Below are positions 8,469-16,639 of a stretch of DNA of 64,000 bases, one piece after another. Both the position numbers and the translations under genes were made by a program. Location: assembly GCA_045605805.1 (NCBI GenBank), contig JAZUQR010000010.1:64001-128000 (forward strand), given 5' to 3'. Source of the DNA: Alphaproteobacteria bacterium (lineage in GTDB: Bacteria > Pseudomonadota > Alphaproteobacteria > CAAHEQ01 > UBA3637). Within the stretch, counting starts at the first letter, position 1. Every line of letters begins with the position of its first letter. The notes beneath the pieces were generated by a model that saw only the letters and a program-made list of their open reading frames with translations, made no database searches and was not told the DNA's origin.

Positions 8469-8630
8469 CCCCAGCCAAAGGAAAGGCCTCCTTTATGGGT
8501 GTTTTTTTGTTGGGTTGAGGGGGTGAGAGCCAACGAATGGTTGGTTCGGTCACGAAGCGAAAGCGCAGTAGACACCGAAGGTGGTCCCGAAGGGATAAAT
8601 CGGCAAGCTGATTTACAATCCAGCCACCCC
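8469..8630 (+). ncRNA. RtT-like tRNA-derived structured repeat
   Basis: tRNA-Gln T-arm TTGGTTCG|AATCCAGCCACCCC split by 68 nt of short hairpins, mostly GNRA-capped (GCGAAAGC, CACCGAAGGTG, TCCCGAAGGGA, TAAATCGGCAAGCTGATTTA); same layout as the E. coli tyrT rtT repeats as I recall them. Confidence 0.65.
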
Positions 8631-8725
8631 CCCAGCCAAGTTGTGAGAGTCGTCAAATATGGCGACTTTTTCTTTTGCTTCTAAGTGCTTATTGTGGCTC
8701 GGAAGAAGATTTTGGAAAAGACCTA
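8631..8725 (+). repeat. Arm repeat unit 4 (GCTCGGAA subtype, degenerate)
   Basis: CCCAGCCA, AGTCGTCA/TGGCGACT hairpin, GCTCGGAA..TTTTGGAAAA. Confidence 0.65.
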
Positions 8726-8813
8726 GAAACAAACTGTCTCAAACTAAAAACAATTTGCTTTCAATATGTTGTATTTTGTGCCATTCTCTAATCCAAAAAT
8801 AGCAAAAATTCAA

Positions 8814-9371
8814 TTATCTCTTTTTTAAATCAGAAAATCTTCTATAAACAAGCATCTCTAAATTAGGATGATTTCTGCTTATACCCATTTCTTGACCGTC
8901 CCAAATATGACCTTGAGCCTCAGCAGCTTTTCTAGAACGTGTATTTTCTTTTTGAATTTTTAAGATAACAGAATCTATTCCATTTTCAAACAACACTTTT
9001 TCAAAAGCTGTTGTTGCTTCGGGGCCATAATGTTGCCCCGCAAATTGTTCAAAAAGCATAACACCGAGCTCAATACTTTTGGGATTGTTTGGATTATCAG
9101 GATTAAATGCTCCGATTGTTCCCATCAATTCATTTGTTTCTTTATTCCAGATGCCGTAATTTATTTCTTTTTCTTCTGATAACACCATTTTAATAAAAGT
9201 TTCTTCTTTTTCAAATGTCATCGGTTCTTCAAAATGAGGTAAAAATCGTCCTAGCCATTCTCTTGACTTGTTAATAGAATCCACTAATAACTGTATATAT
9301 TCTTTATCCAGTGTATGTTTTTTCAGGACAATGCGTTCAGCTTCTATTTGTTGTGGTAAAACTAATTTCAT
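8814..9371 (-). CDS. GNAT N-acetyltransferase, RimJ/RimL family
   Basis: LPQQIEAERIVLK, LMGTIG, IELG..L...FAGQHYG.EA, EN.RSRKAAE..G. Confidence 0.8.
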   Translation of the reverse strand: MKLVLPQQIEAERIVLKKHTLDKEYIQLLVDSINKSREWLGRFLPHFEEPMTFEKEETFIKMVLSEEKEINYGIWNKETNELMGTIGAFNPDNPNNPKSIELGVMLFEQFAGQHYGPEATTAFEKVLFENGIDSVILKIQKENTRSRKAAEAQGHIWDGQEMGISRNHPNLEMLVYRRFSDLKKR

Positions 9372-9443
9372 TTTTACAGCCTTTCAGAGATTTTCTATAA
9401 TTTAACATAGTTTTTCAGTTGATCAAGTTTCTTTTAGGACTTT

Positions 9444-9671
9444 TCAACAATCTATGCCATTTTCGGTGATTTGGCATTGTTCCACGACAGCCCCAACCGC
9501 TTGCTTAAAGTCATAGTTAAAAGAAGATATTTTATCCGAAATGATGTTTTCAATTGTCCAACGCAAATCAAAATCATCAAACGCCCAAGCCACTTTTACC
9601 ATACCGGACATCAGGCTGACAGTGGTATATACCACACAAAATCCCAAGAAAATAGCTTTTATTTTTTTCAT
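9444..9671 (-). CDS. Small secreted hypothetical protein
   Basis: RBS AAGGA; hydrophobic N-terminus ending AWA; two C-terminal Cys. Confidence 0.55.
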   Translation of the reverse strand: MKKIKAIFLGFCVVYTTVSLMSGMVKVAWAFDDFDLRWTIENIISDKISSFNYDFKQAVGAVVEQCQITENGIDC

Positions 9672-9684
9672 TTTTTCTTTCCTT

Positions 9685-10224
9685 TTATCTTTGAGTTTTA
9701 TACACTTTTTTCCCATTTGTGACATAGTCTTTTAACACTTGTTCCCCCGCCTCTGTTTCAAGGTTGCCATAGACAGTTATCCCTCGGTTCTTAAACTCGG
9801 TCAACCACCGTGGCTTAAAGCCTTCATCAAAGCCGGTTATTTCCTCTACACGCTTTGAAGGGACACCGTAATAGACCTCTTTGATACCAGACCACAAAAT
9901 CCTACCCAAACACATCATACACGGTTCGGCTGGCACATAAAGGGACAAATTATAAGGCGATAAATCATAAGTTTTCAAAACTTCTTGCGCTTTTTTAATG
10001 GTATTCATTTCGGCATGATGATGGCTGCATTGTGTTTGAACAACGGTATTCGCCTCTTTGGCAATCAAGTGTCCGTTTTCATCATACACTGCGGCCAAAA
10101 ACGGCCCATAGCCTTGTGTCATCATTTCTTTTAATTCTTGTTGAAGGGAGGCAATGATTTGGCAAGCCTGATTGACTTTTTGTGGATTTATTTTTTCATT
10201 CGCAATTATTTTTTGTGTGGACAT
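9685..10224 (-). CDS. Nucleoside deaminase (guanine deaminase/TadA-like, zinc-dependent)
   Basis: GPFLAAV, HAE, EPCMMC, GFDE. Confidence 0.85.
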   Translation of the reverse strand: MSTQKIIANEKINPQKVNQACQIIASLQQELKEMMTQGYGPFLAAVYDENGHLIAKEANTVVQTQCSHHHAEMNTIKKAQEVLKTYDLSPYNLSLYVPAEPCMMCLGRILWSGIKEVYYGVPSKRVEEITGFDEGFKPRWLTEFKNRGITVYGNLETEAGEQVLKDYVTNGKKVYKTQR

Positions 10225-10415
10225 TTTTATCTCCTTTTTTCATCATAAGAAAAAAGCGATTATTTGTAAAGTCTTATTTGAAGCAAAAGCCTTTGTGCAT
10301 TTTTTTCTTGATTTTTCTTTTGCTTTTTGTTATACTGTTTTTGTTTTGAAAAGGTTTAACATTCAATTCCCTTTATGGAATGCCTTTTTATAATTTACAT
10401 TTTTTTTGAGGCTTT

Positions 10416-10868
10416 ATGAAACAGAACAATCACAATCGTCAAAACAGACGCTTTAATAACAGAAATAATCGTCCCACACAAACCATTTATCGCAACACCT
10501 GTTTGGATTCTTCCGGACCTGCTGGTAAGTTGCGTGGAACGCCCTTACAACTCAACGAAAAATATGTGGCTTTAGCCAAAGATGCCGCCACTCAAAATGA
10601 TATGATTTTGGCTGAACAGTTTCGTCAATATGCCGATCATTATATGCGTTTACAAAACATTGCCATTGAAAATGAAAATGCTTTGAAGGCTTCAAAATCT
10701 GCCCAACAACAGGCGGGACAAGACTTGCCAAAAGACGAGGATTTGAATGCCAACGCTTCTGTGGAACAGGAAACACAACCGGCAATTCAAGAAGACTTAT
10801 CCGTTCCTGTGCAACAGATGAATGAAATGGCTGAGGTGGCAGCAGATTCTAATCCCGTGTCAGAATAA
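10416..10868 (+). CDS. DUF4167 domain protein
   Basis: DSSGP.GKLRGT..Q..EKY..LA.DA....D..AE...QYADHY.R. Confidence 0.85.
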   Translation: MKQNNHNRQNRRFNNRNNRPTQTIYRNTCLDSSGPAGKLRGTPLQLNEKYVALAKDAATQNDMILAEQFRQYADHYMRLQNIAIENENALKASKSAQQQAGQDLPKDEDLNANASVEQETQPAIQEDLSVPVQQMNEMAEVAADSNPVSE

Positions 10869-11238
10869 CAACCGCACCGGCAATTTTGTCATCTGCCAAT
10901 GACACAGAGGCTTGGACATTATCCCCAAACTTATATTTTAAGCGAGACATCATTTTTTTACTGAGTTTCAACTTTGGGGCACCATTGGTATCATGGCTTA
11001 GAGCCACATCTTTCAATCCGACAAATGATCCAAATCCCGTACCACACGCTTTGGCAAAAGCTTCTTTCACTGCATAATGTTTTGCCCCGTAATTGATTTG
11101 GCCTGTGGTTGATAATTCCTTGACTTCCTTAAACTCGCTTGGGGTGAGCATTTTTTTATAAAACGCAACGCCCCCTTTGTTTATAATGCGCTTAAAATGG
11201 GCAATTTCAACAAGGTCAAGACCCACTCCGACAATCAT
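10849..11238 (-). CDS. acpS: Holo-ACP synthase
   Basis: IVGVGLDLVEI, AVKEAFAKA.GTG, GAP; follows spoT. Confidence 0.88.
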   Translation of the reverse strand: MIVGVGLDLVEIAHFKRIINKGGVAFYKKMLTPSEFKEVKELSTTGQINYGAKHYAVKEAFAKACGTGFGSFVGLKDVALSHDTNGAPKLKLSKKMMSRLKYKFGDNVQASVSLADDKIAGAVVILTRD

Positions 11239-13157
11239 TTTTTCTCCTTCGTTTCATAAACCCGTTGAACACCTTTACAACTTCGTATTGCATCTAACAC
11301 ATCCAACAGATGATCTTTGCCTTTCACTTTTATCATCGCTTGGGCTTTTGTTTGGCTGTGTTCTTGGGATATAATTGTCATAGATTGAATATCTACTTTC
11401 ATTTTAGACAATTGATTGACAATTTGCCCCATACTTTCGGGATTTGTTTTCCACATAATACTTAATGCAACTACCTGTTTATTGTTGGTTTTATGTGTTG
11501 TGTTCCATTCTACACTCATCCATTTTTCCGTTTGTGTAAAGTACCTTTTCAAAATTGGGCAGTTTCTTTTGTGAATCACCACTTTATCGTTTTCTTTAAT
11601 GGCAATTATTGCATCTTTTTCTTTTGGATGGCACACTGTATCCAATTCATAAGGAATTCCCTCCGGCAAGCCCAAAATCTCGGGGTTCACTTTCTTTTTA
11701 GACCATATTTTTTCGAAAAATGATTCTTTTTTGGGGGCTTTTTCTTCACTGAAAAAGTTTTCCAACAACAATTTGGCATAGGCCGTTGTCACATCTTTCA
11801 ACCAACTTTTTTGAGCCACAATTTTGCTTGTCACTTTGAAGCTCACTTTATCACCATCATTCAGTTTTTGGTTTAATGGCGCTTTTTCGTTGTTGATTTC
11901 CACACCCGTGCATTTTAAGGCCACTTTTGACCCAAGATAACAAGCAAAGTCTAACGCTGTGGCGCCCTGAGGTAAAGAATAGACAATCCCTTTGTGATCA
12001 AAACAAAAGATTTTATTGCGTTCCATATGCAATTTCGCTCGTCTTAAAAATTCGGCCGGACTTTCGGTGTTTGAAATAAGGGTTAAAAACTCTTTCATCC
12101 AAGGCAGATTTTTACCATCATATTTTTCGCCTTGTTTATATGACCAATGGGCGGCCATTCCAAACATTGCTGCTTCTTCCATTTTTTCCGTTCTGATTTG
12201 GATTTCAAGGGGGATTCCTTTTGACGACATTACCGTTGTTTGAAGTGATTGATAGCCGCTGTCTTTTGGAGTGGATATATAATCCTTAAAACGCCCCATA
12301 ACGGCACGATATCGTTGATGGACAAGCCCCAAAGTTTTATAACAATCTGGGATATTCTTTGTAATGATTCTGATTCCCAAAACATCAAAAATGGACGACA
12401 TTTGATTTTGATGCGTTTGCAATTTGTGCCATAATGAATAAGGCATTTTTACACGCCCAATCACACGAGCTTTGATTTTTGCCACACTCAATATCGTTTC
12501 AATTTCCTGAATCAGATTTTGGATGCTTATGTTTTGTTTCTTTTGCAACCCATTTATTTTTTGTGTTAAATTGTTATAGGCTTGCGGATTCAGCACACGA
12601 AACGACAAATCTTCCAATTCTGTTTTGATTTTATGCAACCCTAATCGTTCTGCCAATGGGACATAAATATCCATTGTTTCTTGAGCTTTGCGTCGTTTCT
12701 TTTCTGCGGAACAAATATCCAATGTACGCATATTGTGAAGTCTATCCGCCAATTTGACAAACAAAACACGAATATCTTTACTGGATGCCAAAATCAACTT
12801 TTGAAAGTTTTCGGCTTGACCACTTGCCGAAGATTGCAACTGATAACTTTCCAATTTGGTCAACCCTTGCACCAAATCGGCCACACGTTTGCCAAACAAC
12901 GCTTTGACCGAATCGTATGAAGCCGGTGTATCTTCCACCGTATCATGCAGTAAGGCGGCCATAATTGTTTCGGCATCCATTTTATAGGCTAACAAGATTT
13001 CGGCAACGGCCAACGGATGAATCAGGTATTTTTCCCCTGTTTCTCGTTGTTGATCATAATGCATTTTTTCCGCAAAGATACAGGCTCTGCGTAAGCCTTC
13101 AATATCTGCCTTTTTATCGTATTTCTTAACCGATTCTATCAGCTCATCCGACCGCAT
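11235..13157 (-). CDS. spoT: Bifunctional (p)ppGpp synthetase/hydrolase
   Basis: HPLAVA, AALLHDTVEDT, KLADRLHNMRT, GRFKDYISTPK, EIQIRT, TGS and ACT domains. Confidence 0.93.
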   Translation of the reverse strand: MRSDELIESVKKYDKKADIEGLRRACIFAEKMHYDQQRETGEKYLIHPLAVAEILLAYKMDAETIMAALLHDTVEDTPASYDSVKALFGKRVADLVQGLTKLESYQLQSSASGQAENFQKLILASSKDIRVLFVKLADRLHNMRTLDICSAEKKRRKAQETMDIYVPLAERLGLHKIKTELEDLSFRVLNPQAYNNLTQKINGLQKKQNISIQNLIQEIETILSVAKIKARVIGRVKMPYSLWHKLQTHQNQMSSIFDVLGIRIITKNIPDCYKTLGLVHQRYRAVMGRFKDYISTPKDSGYQSLQTTVMSSKGIPLEIQIRTEKMEEAAMFGMAAHWSYKQGEKYDGKNLPWMKEFLTLISNTESPAEFLRRAKLHMERNKIFCFDHKGIVYSLPQGATALDFACYLGSKVALKCTGVEINNEKAPLNQKLNDGDKVSFKVTSKIVAQKSWLKDVTTAYAKLLLENFFSEEKAPKKESFFEKIWSKKKVNPEILGLPEGIPYELDTVCHPKEKDAIIAIKENDKVVIHKRNCPILKRYFTQTEKWMSVEWNTTHKTNNKQVVALSIMWKTNPESMGQIVNQLSKMKVDIQSMTIISQEHSQTKAQAMIKVKGKDHLLDVLDAIRSCKGVQRVYETKEKK

Positions 13158-13186
13158 TTTTCCTCCCCATGATTCAGCGGTTTGTT

Positions 13187-13558
13187 TTAAGCGTCTGTTC
13201 CCTCAATGACTTGAAAAGATTCCGATTCCACAAATTCATTATCAGCATACAGGGCATCTTCTTGTAAAGCCCCTGCTAATTCAGATTCCACTTCTTTTAA
13301 TTCTTCGGCATCATTATCGGCCTCGGTTGGCGCGGCATAGCGTTGCATACTTGCCACAACACCTTCGTGCAACAATTTCAAATCAACGGCGTCTTGGCCA
13401 ATTTCACGCAAGGCCACAACCGGATTTTTATCCCCTTCTCTGTCCACAACGGGATCTGCCCCAGCATCCAGAGATTTTGCCCGACCTGAGGCCAATAATA
13501 CCAATTCAAAATGATTTGGAACTCGTTGAATACAATCTTCCACTGTTCTGCGTGCCAT
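13187..13558 (-). CDS. rpoZ: RNA polymerase omega subunit
   Basis: MARRTVEDC..NHFELVLLA, DKNPVVALREI. Confidence 0.95.
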   Translation of the reverse strand: MARRTVEDCIQRVPNHFELVLLASGRAKSLDAGADPVVDREGDKNPVVALREIGQDAVDLKLLHEGVVASMQRYAAPTEADNDAEELKEVESELAGALQEDALYADNEFVESESFQVIEGTDA

Positions 13559-13587
13559 ATGATTATCCTTTCTGATAAAATTTAACT

Positions 13588-13624
13588 TGTGGATAAGTAT
13601 ATCTTATTTTTTATCCAAAATCAA
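13588..13624 (-). promoter_or_regulatory. rpoZ promoter abutting a DnaA box
   Basis: Minus strand TTGATT-17-TATACT running directly into TTATCCACA (13588-13596); 1-mismatch box TTATCCAAA at 13611-13619. Confidence 0.5.
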
Positions 13625-13705
13625 GTTTTTAATGAAAAAACATTCTTGCACTTTCGTTTTGTTTCATATATAATGTGTAAAAAAGTTTTTTTAGAAGGAT
13701 TAAAA

Positions 13706-15403
13706 ATGACAAAAAAGAAATACTTGATTACCTCTGCTTTAACCTATATCAACGGCTTGCCCCATATCGGCCATTTGGCCGGGGCCATGCTCAATGCCGA
13801 TATTTATGCCAGATATTTGCGTGCCAAAGGGGAGGATGTTTTGTTTGTGGGCGGTACGGATGTGCATGGCACGAAAATTGAAGTAGAAGCCAAAAAAGAG
13901 GGCTTATCCTTAGAGGCTTTCATCAACAAATATCATTTGGAACACAAAAAAGTTTATGAAGGTTTTAATTTGTCTTTTGATGCGTTTGGTAATACTGATT
14001 CCAAACAAAACGAAGAAATGACCTATCGTATTTTTGAAGGGTTAGACAAAAACGGTTATATCTCAGAAAAAATTACACAGAGGGCTTATTGTGCTGATGA
14101 TGAACAATTTTTGGCAGACAGCCAAGTGGGGGGTACTTGTCCTTATTGTGGTTATGAAAAAGCAAAGGGCGATCAGTGTGAAAACTGCACAAAGCTGTTG
14201 GAACCGGAAGAATTAAAAAATCCTTACAGCACCATTTCGGGCAGCAAAAATATCGTTTTCAAAGAAACCAAAAATCTTTTTATTGATGTGGATAAAATGC
14301 AAGACAATTTGAATCGCTGGGTGGAAACAAAAAAAGGTATTTGGTCTGACATTGCTTATACAACCGCAAAAAAATGGCTGAATGAAGGCTTACAGGCTCG
14401 GGGCATTACTCGTGATTTGAAAAACGGCTTTACCGTTCCCCGTGAAGGATATGAAAACAAAGTGTTTTATGTATGGTTTGATGCCCCGATTGGATATATC
14501 GGCATTACAAAAGAATGGGTAGATAAAGACCCTTCTAACCGTTCATTGGAAGATTGGTGGTTAAACCCAGATGAAGTTATTCATACCGAGTTTATGGGTA
14601 AAGACAATATTCCATTTCATTCCATCTTTTTCCCAGCTATGTTATTTGGATCGGGCGAAAAATGGACACAAGTTCATTTCTTAAAAGCAACAAGTTGGTT
14701 GAACTTCCCCGGTGGCAAGATTTCAAAATCCGAACATCGTGGTGTGTTTTTGGATGAGGCTTTGGAAGAGTTTCCGGCTGATTATTGGCGTTATTGGATT
14801 TGTGCCAACTGTCCAGAATCAGACGATTCGTTGTTCTCGTTTGATTCCTTCCAAGCCACCATCAACAAGGATTTGAATGATGTGCTGGGCAATTTTATCA
14901 ACCGTGTTTTGAAGATGACTCATAACAACTTTGGGGATGTTGTGCCACCTTTAGGGGCTTTCACCGAAAAGGAAACCACTTTGTTTGCCACATTGGATGA
15001 CTTGATTCAAAAATACACCAAACAGATGGACGCCATTGAGTTTAGAAAATCGTTGGCGCTTTTGCGTGAGATTTGGACCGTGGGCAACAACTATATTGCC
15101 CAGACAGAACCTTGGAAAGTTGTCAAAGAAGATAAAGAATATGCAGGCACTATTTTGAACATTGCTTTGAATTTGATTTGGCTGTTTGCTCAGCTGAGTG
15201 CGCCTGTGATGCCACAAACTGCCACAAAAATGTTGGCTCTGTTTAACAAAGAGCCTTCCTTTACATGGCCTTGTGGCGAGGCAAAAGAATTATTATCCAC
15301 ACTGAAATCCGGTGACGCCTTTACACCAAGCGAACCACTTTTCAGAAAAATTACGGATGAAGAAAAAGAACTTTTGAAACAAAAACATCATGAAGGGGTA
15401 TAA
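13706..15403 (+). CDS. metG: Methionine--tRNA ligase
   Basis: HIGH, GTDVHG, zinc knuckle CPYC..CENC, YVWFDAPIGY, GKDN, KISKS. Confidence 0.95.
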   Translation: MTKKKYLITSALTYINGLPHIGHLAGAMLNADIYARYLRAKGEDVLFVGGTDVHGTKIEVEAKKEGLSLEAFINKYHLEHKKVYEGFNLSFDAFGNTDSKQNEEMTYRIFEGLDKNGYISEKITQRAYCADDEQFLADSQVGGTCPYCGYEKAKGDQCENCTKLLEPEELKNPYSTISGSKNIVFKETKNLFIDVDKMQDNLNRWVETKKGIWSDIAYTTAKKWLNEGLQARGITRDLKNGFTVPREGYENKVFYVWFDAPIGYIGITKEWVDKDPSNRSLEDWWLNPDEVIHTEFMGKDNIPFHSIFFPAMLFGSGEKWTQVHFLKATSWLNFPGGKISKSEHRGVFLDEALEEFPADYWRYWICANCPESDDSLFSFDSFQATINKDLNDVLGNFINRVLKMTHNNFGDVVPPLGAFTEKETTLFATLDDLIQKYTKQMDAIEFRKSLALLREIWTVGNNYIAQTEPWKVVKEDKEYAGTILNIALNLIWLFAQLSAPVMPQTATKMLALFNKEPSFTWPCGEAKELLSTLKSGDAFTPSEPLFRKITDEEKELLKQKHHEGV

Positions 15404-15405
15404 TT

Positions 15406-16614
15406 ATGGAAAAATCACGCAATACCGGTAATTTTTTGTTTATTATTTTTTGGTGGCTTGTGCAACATTTGAACATTCGTTGGGCTCATAAACTTTTATA
15501 TTGGGGATTAAGAGATGGTTCTTTCCCTTCGGGGCATATGTCCGATCCGATTTTAGGGATTGATTTATTTGGTCGCCATTTATCCACGCCTCTTGGTATT
15601 TCAGACGGTGTGGATAAACGGGGAAACATTTTAGACACCTTGATGCAGATGGGATATAGTTTTGGTACTTTTGGACCCTATACTTTGGAAAAAGAGATGC
15701 CCCCCAATGAAAAGTTTTTTTTCAAAAAAGATAAGGCTATTATTACTCAATGTACAGGATATCGCAACCCTGGTATCTTAAAAATGATGCCATGGTTTGT
15801 GAAGCGTCGTTATTTACCTCATTTTGTTGGGATTGACATTGCCATTCCTGCGGAAAATGAAGAAAGCAACATCAAACAGGGGCGACATTTTGCTTATGTG
15901 GATGAATTTGTTTTAATGTCACAACGCATTGCACCTTATTGTGATTTTATCACTTTGGATTTTTCGCACACCAACTCGGAACTGTGTGTTTTAATGGTGG
16001 ATGCTTCAACGATTTTGCCCATTATTCGGGCTGTTAAAGAAACCGTGAAACAGGCCGCCCCTATTCGCCCACCAAAGGTTTTTGTTAAAATCCCGTTGGA
16101 TTTGAATATGATGGAGATTCCGCTTGTTGCTCAAACTCTTTTAGGCGGTGAAGTGGATGGTGTTGTTGTGGCGGGCCCTATGTCTTTGGCCAAAAATACA
16201 CGCATTCGCATTCAAGGCGCAAAAGAACATCAAATGTCGGGCATGGTTATTGGTCAACCCACACATGAATATACCACCGAACTTATTCGGCGTTTATATA
16301 CCCATTTGAAAGGCCGGATTCCCATTATTGCTTGTGGCGGTGTGTTTGACGGTAAAAGTGCTTTTGAACATATTGCGGCCGGTGCTTCTTTGGTTTCCGT
16401 GGATGAGGCCAGCTTGATTTTTGAAGGCCCTGGCATTATTCACAAGATTCATAAAGAATTGATTGAAATTTTACACAACAAAAAATTTCATTCTTTTGCC
16501 GAAGCCATTGGTTGCGACACCCAAGAGGTTATTGCTGAGACAGCTGTACCTATGACTGCACCGCAACCGCAATCAACGCCTATGGAAAATTCTGTACCAC
16601 CGCATCAAGGTTAA
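15406..16614 (+). CDS. Divergent class 2 dihydroorotate dehydrogenase-like protein
   Basis: P.G...G.DK, VFVKIPLDL, IPIIACGGVF, AGASLV retained; substrate-binding motifs altered. Confidence 0.7.
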   Translation: MEKSRNTGNFLFIIFWWLVQHLNIRWAHKLLYWGLRDGSFPSGHMSDPILGIDLFGRHLSTPLGISDGVDKRGNILDTLMQMGYSFGTFGPYTLEKEMPPNEKFFFKKDKAIITQCTGYRNPGILKMMPWFVKRRYLPHFVGIDIAIPAENEESNIKQGRHFAYVDEFVLMSQRIAPYCDFITLDFSHTNSELCVLMVDASTILPIIRAVKETVKQAAPIRPPKVFVKIPLDLNMMEIPLVAQTLLGGEVDGVVVAGPMSLAKNTRIRIQGAKEHQMSGMVIGQPTHEYTTELIRRLYTHLKGRIPIIACGGVFDGKSAFEHIAAGASLVSVDEASLIFEGPGIIHKIHKELIEILHNKKFHSFAEAIGCDTQEVIAETAVPMTAPQPQSTPMENSVPPHQG

Positions 16615-16639
16615 GTCATTTCAAAAAAAAGGGGGGGAT

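Larger units (their letters stand above)
3668..9400. mobile_element. tRNA-Gln-anchored tandem cassette array / genomic islet without integrase
   Basis: Repeated tRNA-3'-end remnants plus a conserved arm, separating single unrelated AT-rich genes; 14-bp AATCCAGCCACCCC duplication at 3668-3681 and 8617-8630; right boundary uncertain. Confidence 0.7.

Noticed and set aside
8429-8684. ORFs 8429-8656 and 8460-8684, or a third tRNA
   Set aside because: They overlap the structured RtT-like repeat; no D-arm or anticodon arm, so not a tRNA
3668-9400. Classical integron with attC cassettes
   Set aside because: No intI; repeats start with tRNA-end copies rather than RYYYAAC/GTTRRRY boxes; cargo genes have their own promoters and mixed orientation
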